Shown: in pieces, positions 28,601 to 38,815 of the stretch | Position numbering within the stretch: the first letter of the stretch is position 1 | How the letters are laid out: each line of letters begins with the position of its first letter | DNA from: Phoronis australis | Lineage: Eukaryota; Animalia; Phoronida | DNA length: 64,000 nucleotides | Direction: 5' to 3' | NCBI GenBank assembly: GCA_002633005.1 | Contig: NMRA01000265.1 | Location: 64,362-128,361, forward strand | Translations under genes and position numbers: made by a program | The notes under the pieces: model-generated | Told to the model about the DNA's origin: nothing | Database searches by the model: none | What the model saw: only the letters and a program-made list of their open reading frames with translations

Positions 28601-31600
28601 ACAAAATCGCGCGAGTCAATGAGTGTAAACTCGGGACCTTGCATGCAAAAGGTACAAAATAGCCAGCACTAAAGTATCATGATTGAAGAGGTTGAAATAC
28701 GGGGGGGGGGGGGNTTCAGCCTGAACATCCCAGATGAGATGAGACATATTTACATCTAGGTAATTATTCATCTATTTAGCACACAAGATCGGGACAAGTG
28801 AAATTTCGTTTTGTCAAAAAATAAAAAGAAAATTTTAGTCTGTTGTTGTGTTTTGTTAATTTGGTTTCTAGTGTTCAGATGCCATAAATCAACAATTACT
28901 AGTGTTTCAACATTTACATTTGAAAAATAGAAAAAATTACAATTTTGCCAATTATTTTTGTGAGAAATAAATGAAGATGATGCATGCAGAACAAACTGAC
29001 AAAAAATATATTTGTTAGAAGGTCAAAAACTTTATTTAAAGTCCTTTTTCGCTACAAAGCCAATAGAGAGGTTTCACTATCTACAGTTTATCTGTAAAGC
29101 TTACATTTTTGTAACTGCCTAGAATTGTCCGGCAACATCCTGAGTTTCATTTCCTTGCAAAAGGATTTTTATAGAGTCGACATTCTAAAGGTACAGGTAC
29201 CCCTTATCAAAGTTGCCTACCGCAGTAAAATATAACAGCATCCAAACAGCGCCTGTAGGTTTCAGTGATTGCCAAAACTGGTAGTTCAAAAGTGGACTAC
29301 ATAGCTATACTGTTATCAAAAGAGCCTGCAATACACGTTCAGGGCTGGAACCCTTTTGTTTTTTAATGCGGCCAGTTAGCGTTCCAAAGTACACACGAAA
29401 AAACCAAGGACCGAATGGAATTCATAAGACTGGTTCAACCGCACGATTCATAACCGCAACACTACAAAACGCATGTAACCAGACTACAATGCCGTTTCAC
29501 CATAATTCTGTTATTGGCAAAATCGACTGGTTATAATTGTTATTGTAGTAAAACTTTAAAAACATAATGGCTCAGACACCTTACTAACTTTTCTGTTAAT
29601 TCTCCTTCATAGCTGGTCATGGCAAAGACTATTCTGACAGTGAATTCGGCTTCTGTCCAATCATGACAGAGAATTCCAGGTCATTTTGTCTGAATACTTT
29701 TGTACTACCGTAATCGTTCGGGTTAACGCCCTGGGCGATTAAATTGGCGAATCCAAAAAATCGGGGGAGGGCGGTTAACCGAGCAGTGGGCGGTTAAATC
29801 GAAAATCCACTTAAAGTCGGGGATGGGCGGTTAACTGAGCATGGGCGTTAACCCGAACGATTACGGTACCATACTCTATGTATTGCAGTTTAAAGTTTGC
29901 GGCTTCAATTTGACCTATGGTAATCAACACTGCGCGGATCTTAGTAAAATTAGGGAACACTCTTAATGTTTGAACATAGCTGAAAATTCTGAAAACAACG
30001 AAACCTCTGTAATTTTACCACTATGTGTGTCAAACAGGTGATGAGAGCCCAGTTGAGAGGCTCCCATGTTCTTGTCCAGTTGGTATGTAATCCCATTATC
30101 AGTCTACTGATGTCCAGGAAATTCTTAATTAACCTTGTTTGTCCAGGTGACAAATTACTTGAACTGTTCTACACATGTTCCCAACTCAAGGGTGACTGTG
30201 TGTGGTCAAAACAGGGACCCACTGCGCTCCCAGATAAGGGGCACAATGATCTTGGTTTGATCAATTTTACTCCAGCACTTTGAAACAAAGTGCAGAGAAA
30301 TGGTTTCATTTGCTTGAAATTTCAAAATTAACCAAAATAGGCTTGCGAAATTAAATTTTAATCTAACTTTTTAACCCTGTAGTCATACCTCAAAAATGAA
30401 TACAATTAGGAACAAAGAGTTTTAGAACTGCATTCCTCCAAAATTTAGTGGCCAAAAACCAAAACGAATTAAGCCACACTAATAAAATCTGTGTCAAAAT
30501 ATTTCTCATGGTGATAGGACTCAGTTTACATTACCAACAAGAACATAGATTCCATCATCAGCTTAACAAAACCCTAAAACTGCGAATTCGAAACTGGTGC
30601 GTGTATGCATCGCCTGAAACTTGAAGTGAAGGGGGGGGGGGATGGGTTGAACCGCCTGTTCTTGTAGACATAACTCACAGATTTATAAAACTTGAAGACA
30701 TACCCTCAAATATCTGGTCGGCATAACATAAACATTTCATGAAAGATTTAACATATGTGGAAGTGCTTGAAGAATGTTTTCTCAAAGAAAGTTTCATGTA
30801 AAATCTGAAGTGTCCATAACACCGGAGATAAAACATGACAAAGGTGTTAGAAGTGGCAAAATAGTTACCTAGAACAAACATTGTGAGCTCGACACAGAGC
30901 CACACCTCAGTAGAGTTTTTAAAGTACATGGCTTTGTTGACATACCTACCTTGCTGTGAAGACTGGGTGAGTTCCGTGGATTACGTGTCATGACAGAGTC
31001 AGACTTATTCAGGGACCTGACACCAGTGGTGTGTCGGATATCATAAAAGCCAAAACATCTTGATGTCTTACATGGGAGCACCAAAACACAGTGTGCCACA
31101 CTTTTCGGAGTGGAGCAAAAACCTCCAATCAAAATTTCCTGACTGCTCACTTTTCAAGCTAATTGCTTGTCAACAACATTCCACAAGTGTGCCTAGTGAC
31201 TGTCCCACATTTTAGTCACCACAAAACTGATCACCCATCCTGCACTGCTCTGAACCCAGGACAATACCCTTAGTGTCAGGGTGAGTCCATTTCAACAGAG
31301 GGAGTCTGAGTGAACAAAGTGATCAAAACTAAAGAATGTGAAAAACAAAAACATGATTCACAAACCACGAACTCAAATCATTCCAACGCTGGTTTCAAAA
31401 GAATTCCAAATTTCATAAACTAGGGCGACTTCCCCAACTTAAATTAGACTTTAAAGAGATATCTATGCATCCACTACCGCACATCTTTGCCCACCTTGCT
31501 AATCTGAGACTAGAGAATGTTACGTTTGACCCCTCAACTCACTGTTTATATACGATAAAATAATAAAAACACAAACATTTTTCCAAAAACAGTAAGGTGA

Positions 31601-34442
31601 AGTTTAGATAACGATGTGTATCAGCTTGGGGCTACTCCCTATTAAAACACTATGAGCGGAATCAATGGAGTGCCGACAATGCATCAGGGGTGGGAGAGAT
31701 AAAAACTTACTTTACTTTATCAAAGGCTTGCATAGATATGATTCAATCGATGTGTAAAAACCAACACAATTGTTGATTCAAAGATAGCGTTACTATTGTT
31801 GTTCAACTATCAATACTTTTAGTGTGACAATACCATGCAAAATATCGCCTTTGGCAATTTTTTACGAGTGTGACCTGATTTCGAATATTGTCACCTAGAC
31901 AATAACCTGAACACAAAACGATTTATGCTACATTTGATCAATTTTCTTGTTAAAAAGAGATAAAAATGCACTCGAGATATCCCAATGTTAAGATTTTTAA
32001 AAACATCTAGAAACCAAATGAACTATAAAAATAAGCACTATGAATGAACTGACGATCTTTTAGTTTAACAATACAATGTTGGTATTGGCAAATTGAATAC
32101 ATCCAATAAGCAGTGATTGCTTGGCAAAAATTTGAGATCTACTTGAAAATACAAGTTGTTGTAAAAAAGTTAAAATGATAATAAAGAAGTTGACACACGC
32201 AAAATTTTCCAGGTGAAAAAATCTCGTAACATGTGCGCATCATCTCCATCAATCATGCAGCAGACCACCAGGTGAAATCTCCACTTGGTAAACAGAAGTG
32301 GTAGTGAATGAGGTATTAGTGTTGTTTTGCATACTCATTTTCTCACTCGGCCAGGTATGGAGTTGACCTGGATTTTGAGTGTCCATTGACACGCCCGGTC
32401 TGGAGGGGGTGGGTACAAGACTGTATTTTTAACTTTGGGTAAAGCTTGAAATAAAGATTTCTACTCATTTAAAGAGTAGACATGAAAAGTGACCCATCTG
32501 TAGGGAACAACCATGAAAAATTCCACACAACAAACCACAACCACGAGTGGTGTCAAGGAAGAGGGCCGGGTAATGTGCAACAATCCCTTTGTGCATGCCA
32601 ATCTAGAAAGTTCAGTATTACCCGAGAGTAATATATTGGTCCTAGGTATAACTGGGCACACGACAACTGCAAAATAGCAGGCGTGCAAGGCAATGACCAT
32701 ATGCTCTATTTGCGTCAAGTTTTTGGTAATTTTAGGAGTACTCTTTTATAGGAAATTTTCAGAAAATAAACCTTTCATAGAAAAACTGATCATGAAAAAG
32801 TCAATACCTTTAAGCTGGTACACTACCCCATCCCTGTAACCATTACTCTTACGCGGAAGGACATCTTTCCCCTTAAGACTAAAACATCTTCAGGGGTAGC
32901 ACGGACAACGGATCATTAAACTTTAAAAAAGCAGTAATAATAAAATGCACATCAAGGCAGGTTGAATATCAGTACAAAATGGGATGCAACTATTTAACAA
33001 ACCAGGGTAGAGCTCAGTATCAGCCTCGTGGTGGGAAAAATCTAACCAAAATCAAATTCTCTCATTGAAAATACATGGCAATACCTTGCGTGCCCTTATC
33101 TCACAGTCTTGCTTTTCTAACAAGGCCCTAGTGCTATATTGAACTCTAGTTAGCTCTACAGAAGAAGAAAGCATGCCCACTACAGTAATTAACCCACATT
33201 CAATACTTGTTTGACCTGGTGTACACTGATCCAAAGAGCTATGACACAATATGTAAACACTGGCCATTGTGGGTCAGTGTGAACCAGGAGACTGGGAGTC
33301 TGGCAAACACCCAGGTGCAAAGCTCAACAGGTCAAAATCCAATTAGGGGTAGGGGGGACAGAAAGAAAGCCTGGAATGTGACCTATTTGGTTTCAATTCT
33401 CCCCCTTGGGAAACCCAAATGCACCAAATGACTCTTGAATTGAATTTTGCCTTTATGAGTGAACTCGGGTTTGAACAGTGTATCCATCAATGGCCAAAAT
33501 TAATCGTTTTCTTTACCATTCATTCAGCATTGGCCCTGTTCAGATGTCCCAGGACAACAACTTAACAAACAAAAGTGAAATTAGAATTTTGATATCAGCC
33601 TCAGAGCAAATACAAGCAAATATGGGCAAACATAACTGACAACCGTTCCTAAATCATCCCATGCCTGTAGTATTAAATGAAATTAATTATTCTAAGTCTA
33701 ATTAATTTTCAACCAACCATTAGGCAACAAATGGCACCACTCCTGTGGAAACCTGACCAAGTAAGAACACATTCACACAATTTTCTGTAAAGACCAAACA
33801 ACCGGCTTACAGGTATAATTTTACAATTTTAGATACTCTTGAGTTTCCATTCTCAAAAACAGACAAATTAGAATTAAGCAAAACATAAAGTTATTTTTTT
33901 CCATTTTGTGAAATATAAAATTTCATTCACTACATCAAAGAAACATGCAATGTATTTTGTTATTTCCCATTTTTGTACATTCTCAAGTTCAAGTTTTATT
34001 ATTTCAAAGCACTTGTAAATTGAATTCTTACTTGGGACCACCCATAAAGATTCTACTGATTGGAACATGCAGGGGTGGTGCTAGGGGATTTTTTAACAAA
34101 TCACTAAAAAAATTTTAATTGACACTTCGGTGGAGTAATTTGAAAGTTCTACTCTACTGTTGCTATAGTTACAGCCGAAAGATTCAAGAAACATCATTTG
34201 GTAAAACTTAGTGCATTTGCAGGAAAACAGAAAGCCTTTAACAATAGCAAAATGTCATTCATTTTCATCCAAATTTGAAGAATTTTTAGCGTACATTGCA
34301 TTAGAGAGCAAGAATGGTTCAATATACTTACATCTTTTACTCTGTTCGCCGCCTTCCGTAAGTCATCATAATCTGGATGATTCTCCTGTGTTTCGCTCAA
34401 TAAGTCGCTCAAATATTTGTCGTACTCCGGTATTCTTTGCAC
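2032..34442 (-). CDS. ARHGAP20: Assembled ARHGAP20/TAGAP-like RhoGAP gene, 15 shared coding exons: (partial DH)-PH-RA-RhoGAP-long disordered tail; 5' end incomplete or alternative
   Basis: join(34442-34332, 28319-28203, 24050-23959, 23160-23073, 22001-21937, 20321-20127, 18291-18204, 16410-16333, 12668-12599, 9145-8963, 8031-7859, 7276-7112, 6691-6582, 5542-5193, 4664-2032). All introns are GT-AG, phases match, total 4518 nt open to TGA. Motifs recognised from ARHGAP20: RRRSAPS, SFVIGWPT.N.VA.FS, QLWV.SGKE..PYPLIGHE.PY.IKMSH.R, GIFR.SAN. Confidence 0.9.
5193..5542 (-). CDS. ARHGAP20: Exon: C-terminal part of RhoGAP domain (LLQKLPAENLDLL...NNMNAYNLAICVGPSLLW...)
   Basis: RhoGAP N.M...NLA..(F/V)GP.LL motif; acceptor ttcttcag|G, donor G|gtgaga; phase 2 to 1. 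Confidence 0.95.
5620..5726. mobile_element. Short palindromic MITE-like repeat, copy 1
   Basis: ttttgagaaccag ... ctggttctcaaaa stem; homologous to 17726-17830 in the opposite orientation; ends approximate. Confidence 0.7.
6582..6691 (-). CDS. ARHGAP20: Exon: RhoGAP middle (DFLRSLPDSLLQCDLYEQW...AVK)
   Basis: K|DFLR.LP..LL motif; acceptor ttgttttag|, donor AC|gtaag; phase 0 to 2. Confidence 0.94.
7112..7276 (-). CDS. ARHGAP20: Exon: RhoGAP arginine finger (ELLQCLFHHGPFTPGIFRKSANARVCKEIKEKLD...ATLK)
   Basis: GIFR catalytic Arg intact; acceptor tttctag|, donor AAG|gtaag; 165 nt, phase 0 to 0. Confidence 0.95.
7859..8031 (-). CDS. ARHGAP20: Exon: basic linker and RhoGAP start (TKKSKKSKKSP...KLFGHSLSEVC..LPKQIL)
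   Basis: LFG..L..V pre-GAP motif; acceptor ttttcag|, donor CTG|gtgagt; phase 1 to 0. Confidence 0.93.
8346..8502. repeat. Diverged local direct duplication (ctattggcacgt...atttaatgtctcaa...aagctac, two copies about 106 bp apart)
   Basis: Copies at about 8346-8392 and 8452-8502. Confidence 0.75.
8963..9145 (-). CDS. ARHGAP20: Exon: RA domain C-terminal part (GHEHPYSIKMSHIRD...QCQFVLK)
   Basis: Matches recalled ARHGAP20 GHE.PY.IKMSH.R and CQF.LK; acceptor ttgcag|, donor G|gtaagt; phase 1 to 1. Confidence 0.93.
12599..12668 (-). CDS. ARHGAP20: Exon: RA domain (DGDAKDFQLWVVSGKEDCPYPLI-G)
   Basis: 70 nt; acceptor tttccag|, donor G|gtatgt; ARHGAP20-type D.QLWV.SGKE..PYPLI motif. Absent from the ORF track. 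Confidence 0.93.
16333..16410 (-). CDS. ARHGAP20: Exon: RA domain (TKSFPVEKSTEVLECVQRCMEEFEIQ)
   Basis: 78 nt, phase 0 to 0; acceptor tttttctttctag|, donor CAG|gtgagt; fits the RA strand-helix pattern and fills the expected gap. Confidence 0.88.
17726..17830. mobile_element. Short palindromic MITE-like repeat, copy 2
   Basis: ttttgagaacca ... tggttctcaaaa stem with outer atagtc/gactat arms; loop tcagtggag matches the reverse complement of copy 1. Confidence 0.7.
18204..18291 (-). CDS. ARHGAP20: Exon: PH end / RA start (LIGEEKTKEEPETVLLKVMMSKDTEEVVK)
   Basis: 88 nt, phase 2 to 0; acceptor tttcttttcag|, donor AAG|gtatgt. Confidence 0.88.
20127..20321 (-). CDS. ARHGAP20: Exon: PH domain (SNTTFKLKHRIRVCEMW...SFVIGWPTTNMVASFSTSELKEQWLTKLK)
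   Basis: PH C-terminal helix Trp (K.QWL); SFV.GWPT.N motif; 195 nt, phase 2 to 2; GT-AG. Confidence 0.94.
21937..22001 (-). CDS. ARHGAP20: Exon: PH domain (GLQKLDRYLFLFNDILLIAKQ-K)
   Basis: R.LFLF.D.LL.AK motif typical of DH-associated PH domains; 65 nt, phase 0 to 2; ttacag| and AA|gtaagt. Confidence 0.93.
23073..23160 (-). CDS. ARHGAP20: Exon: PH start (GNGESNCLSRVNNNINRLYIMEGAVHLSL)
   Basis: R..I.EG.V PH beta-1 motif; 88 nt, phase 2 to 0; tttttcag| and TTG|gtgaga. Confidence 0.9.
23959..24050 (-). CDS. ARHGAP20: Exon: KSKLIQRRRSAPSAVLLKSLGSARTKVAAV-S
   Basis: RRRSAPS motif recalled from the N-terminus of vertebrate ARHGAP20; 92 nt, phase 0 to 2; tctttttcag| and AG|gtaaga. Confidence 0.92.
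28203..28319 (-). CDS. ARHGAP20: Exon: end of DH helix alpha6 and linker (MVKDREGEANAVDNDYKVERVQDLFPNDDLQLREKDSKM)
   Basis: 117 nt, phase 0 to 0; ctcttgacag| and ATG|gtaagt; continues the DH alpha6 register (..DN..KV..VQ..F). Confidence 0.87.
28480..28540. repeat. 22-bp tandem repeat, about 2.8 copies (agcaaaggggtgcactRtactg)
   Basis: Read directly. Confidence 0.9.
29708..29866. mobile_element. 159-bp Tc1/mariner-pogo-type MITE with TA TSD
   Basis: Perfect 24-bp TIR ccgtaatcgttcgggttaacgccc / gggcgttaacccgaacgattacgg, TA on both sides, internal gggcggttaa repeats. Confidence 0.88.
34332..34442 (-). CDS. ARHGAP20: Exon: DH/RhoGEF CR3 region (VQRIPEYDKYLSDLLSETQENHPDYDDLRKAANRVKD)
   Basis: VQRI..Y...L..LL..T...HPDY..L..A is the Dbl-homology CR3 signature; 111 nt, phase 0 to 0; ttgcag| and GAT|gtaagt. 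Confidence 0.9.
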
Positions 34443-35636
34443 CTGCAACAAGAATACACCTGGTTTAAAACCCTGGTCACATGTCCAGTTTACTAACATA
34501 CATAAATAAAAATTGGGTCACATACATTTTCCTGTTTGTCTGAAATAGCATGAATCACAACAGCTGAACTGCACATCTAGCTGACAGATGGCAGCACAAG
34601 CACTGTATTTTATTTGGCAGATCATTTGGTGTAACATACCAGTGCAAGATCTTTGCCATTTAATCTCTTCATTTAAGACCACACATATTCTATTCAAGAC
34701 CTTGTAATTGGCCAGTAAAATAAACTTTCATAAATACAGATTGAATAGATTGTCCTTTCTGCTTGTGAAGGTAATTCCATTCTTTCTCAATGAACAAACA
34801 ACATGATACTCAGTCTCTGTGGCACTATTGAAAAAAGTTCCTCTGTTAAACACCTGGCTAGATTGAGAGCAGAGACTAGTTGATCACCATAGGGGCATTT
34901 GTGGTGTAAGGGTCCTATGTGACCTGAATGCAGGCAATTCTAAGGGAAGGACCAGTTTCACTGGTGTCAATCGGTGCATTACGTGTTCTCATTTATGGAA
35001 ATTTCTCAACTACGCAATAATCTCATGTTTCAAGATCATGGACACACCCCAAATCCCAAGCAGAATAATTAATTTTTTAATTAGGAAACTTTTGCTCCAC
35101 ATTTGATGGAACGCAAATTCGGTCAGATTACAAAACACTATATTCTGCGATCCAGTCTGACCTTATTCACACAGTCGTCATATTACAAAGAGCCTCCTTT
35201 TTGTTTTAAAAACAATGCATTCAGAGTCTAATCGCGTGCCTGGTTATATATTATATCTCAAATGTACTCTTTTGTGAAAATGGTCTATTGAAATATTTGC
35301 ATTAATTGCAAGCGTGATAGGAAAAGCTCAAATCGTAGGTAGACATGAAAAGAAACATGGCTTCAAATTGACTACACATCCTCATACAGTAACCACGGTT
35401 ACATCAAAAAGCAAGCCAAATGTCTGGAAGCTGAATCCACCCATTGAGAACCTTATTCACATATACCAGGATGTAGTATGGCACTCCCAAGACTGATACG
35501 CCATACAACCGGCATTGGGCGCAGCGTGCATGACAACTTTTTTACTAAGTGATATTACTACAGCTCAGTTTTGTAAAGTAGTAACACCCATCTCACAAAC
35601 CAAGGATCATCAGATGACCAGCATCAGATTCCCTAC

Positions 35637-35786
35637 CTGAAGAGTTACGTTGCGTATTCCCGGCTGACCGCGAAATTTTGTGCGAAATCGCCAAAGCCGA
35701 CCAACTTTGCCAAATAGTCGAGTTGAGCTCGACTTCTCCAGCATCACTTTGTCACGTGACAAGGTGAATTTTAACGCATCAGCCAT
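35637..35786 (-). CDS. Candidate alternative first coding exon A (MADALKFTLSRDKVMLEKSSSTRLFGKVGRLWRFRTKFRGQPGIRNVTLQ)
   Basis: AAAC-ATG-G start context, 50 open codons, CpG-rich, phase-0 donor CAG|gtaggg. Confidence 0.6.
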
Positions 35787-37224
35787 GTTTGTATCTTTTT
35801 AAAAAATTATACACATCATCCATACATCATCAAAAGACTGTAGATGACAGCTGCCAAATTATTAAGAGACTTGATTGATCACAAATCCATCAGACTTCAG
35901 CACTGCTTCCTAATGCTCACAACTACTGCCTATCTTTCAAACTTCTTAGGCGTGGTGCTTCAATAATTAGCAGCCAGACTTTAAGATATTCCACCAGATA
36001 ATCTCCACACACAGAGCCATGACGGCAGCGTAATAGTTCTCACAAGACGGCCGTTTCACCATTCTTCGCACTTCCCCCAAACTGCTTCTCTCAAATAGCA
36101 CTCCACTCGCACTAAGCAGACTGAGGGGAATGTTAATCAGCATTTGAAAAACTGAAAACTAAACATCAAATGGTAAACGCCTAATTAAGAAAGGCAGAGA
36201 GGCCTCCTCGCCAAGAATTCACAAGACTATTTGCACTAATGGACTATAATTAATCGGCTGCCAGACACATGAGGAACAGGAACTGGAGACCGAGAAACTA
36301 CCACAAGGATGGCAATAGTTCAAGTGAATCCAATACATAACCACTACATCTTAAAGTCTTGTTTTCCTCAGAGTCAAGTAGCATTAGCTGCAGCGCATGC
36401 AAAACTGCAGACTAATGCCAAAACACGTCATAAGACCACTTCAAGGTTAGAGCAAAATCAGAATAACTTGTGAACACCCCCAATGTTTGTGACCTATCAG
36501 CTAGGATTGGACTTGGGTTTAGATCGGTGTGGTAACAACACTGTTGATGGAAGCGATTAGGCAAAGCCGTTACAAAGTCAGCTCTACCAGAACTACACAT
36601 TTACGCAAGTGTCCCGAGAACACCACGAGTTTAGCGAGACGGCACAGCGACTTGCAAGCACCCCATGTTCCGTGACCCATTAGCCACAGTGACCTACATG
36701 TCAGGGCACGGGGTTGGGAGAAATGTTTTTTTTCTAGATTTCTTGAAGATGCACAAAAATTACTAATAGGCAATTTGGTGTCAAATGACAAATTGATTCC
36801 AACGCGGGGCAAGGATCTGGTATGATCTGCCAGGTTGTCTCAGACCCTCAGTAATTAGTAATAGAATTTGACTAAGAAACTAATTTCAAACCATTTACAC
36901 ACTGAAACAGTTCTAGCTGTTAATTTCAGCCAAAGGCATTCAGGAGCATTCAAATTCCTGAACAGCTTATCTATTAGAGGCTGTTTCTGTCTGAGTTTGG
37001 CTTGTTTGTCTTCTGTCAGAGGCAGATAAAACAATCATTTGTTTCTACAGAATTACTTTACCAGTTAACTTGCTTTAAGACAGATATTGTTTCAATTGTG
37101 AGCCGGGAACATTCTCATTAAGCAGGAAGTGAAAGGCTTATCCACTTCAGATTGGCATCCCCTTTAAGAAACTGTCATCTCCAAATCATCAACAAGTAAT
37201 ATATTGGTAATCAGGCTAACTTAC

Positions 37225-37338
37225 CATTTTCTTCTGAGGGCGAGGACTTGGAGAGCGTGAGCGAGGTCTCGATTCCTGGGGGGAGTTGGAAGATGAGGGG
37301 GATGGAGAGAGGCGAAAAAACGGAAGAAACATAAACAT
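37225..37338 (-). CDS. Candidate alternative first coding exon B (MFMFLPFFRLSPSPSSSNSPQESRPRSRSPSPRPQKKM)
   Basis: 38 open codons, consensus phase-0 donor ATG|gtaagt, locally GC-rich, ends in KKM. Confidence 0.65.
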
Positions 37339-38363
37339 TGTCAGCTCGATCCACCAGAACTAGTCAGACAGCGATGAAAACATTGTACCAAACGCAACTA
37401 CCCATCTGGTCAGTCACGAGTGTTAAAATCCACGGCAAAAACATTAAAGAAACAATGAAGTGAGCCAGGTACACCAGCACACCAACATGGCGGATGGTCC
37501 AGTGTGAATGAATCTTGTGATGAATGAAACCAGGGATGAGAGAGAAAGAAGAACCATGAATGGAAGGCAGTCAGCACAAGAAGACTTGCAGCTATAGATA
37601 TCCTGCAGCAACATGTACAGAAGTATTCAGGGGAACAATAAGACACTCAATGACCAGAGGCAGCTCTCAATGGATAGCCTGTAATCACACAAGCCTGTTA
37701 TGTAACCATTCCAAAGATACACCTTCAGACCTGTCATCTGCAACTGGCAACATAAAAGCTGGAATAGGGTACCATAGGAACCCAACAGTTGTCAAGTTGT
37801 AAATGACACGCGTTAGAGAAAATCCTTTTTGTGAAGCAGTTGTGACAAATGTACTTAACAGTTTTTACGTTTGACTTGTTTGTAAGAGAAATGTGACAAA
37901 TAAATGAGATAATAACTTCGCTGAGTTTCGAAAATTGCAAGTCCAGTTATGCAAGTGAACACGATATTCGTGATTTATGACAGGAAGACATCTGAATACG
38001 AACTAGCCTTTGGAGACAATTTCTACAAATGAACATGAACTTTTGTGGAAACTAATCCAGCTGTGTTATCAAAGTATTTGAAATACAACATCTGAAGAAG
38101 AATTCAGGCATAAGTACAGTCAGAATGAAGGAGATCTGAGCATTAGAATACACCTGAGACATGACAATACCATCCACTAATCCTTACACACCTTAATCCC
38201 TGGGATGGTGTGACAAGCCATTCAGGGACTGGACAAAATGAAGGCCATGGGTTGAAAGTAACAGGTAGGGTTAGGCTATAAATAGACTTGGCACCTGGAC
38301 AATGTTATGCAATGTGTGAGTACCTTGGGAAACTAGCAGCCAGCATTGAAGAGTGATCACAAG

Positions 38364-38815
38364 CGAGGTACCTAAACTATACGGTCAACCGACTCATAAA
38401 CACGGGCACGGACGCATGAACACGACTCACGGACTTGCAAACGACCGTCCACTGACTCACAAACACGGGAATGGACTCACAAAACACGATCCATGCACCC
38501 AAATGCACGGGACATGGACTCATATTCACGAGGAAACACGGTTAACGGACCCCCAAACACGGTTTACGGACAAATGAAGATGTCACCTGACCCAGAAAAC
38601 CGACGAGTCTGTGACCCGTGTTTGGCGGTCCGTTAACCGTGTTTCCTCGTGAATACGAGTCCTGTGTACCCGTGTATTTGGGTGCGTGGATCATGTTTTG
38701 TGAGTCCGTTCCCGTGTTTGTGACTCAGTGGACGGTGTTTGCAGGTCCGTGAGTCGTGTTTATGTGTCCGTGCCTGTGTTTATGAGTCCGTTGAACGTGT
38801 AGTTTAGGTACCTTG
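38364..38815. mobile_element. 452-bp foldback/MITE: about 205-bp inverted arms, 5-bp TSD ACAAG
   Basis: Starts cgaggtacctaaact and ends agtttaggtaccttg; arms align by eye along their length; acaag at 38359-38363 and 38816-38820. Confidence 0.9.

Noticed and set aside
28701-28714. Poly-G run followed by an N (also an N at 60792 and a G run near 30630)
   Set aside because: Probably assembly ambiguity or gap markers and simple homopolymers; intron lengths across the Ns may be unreliable.
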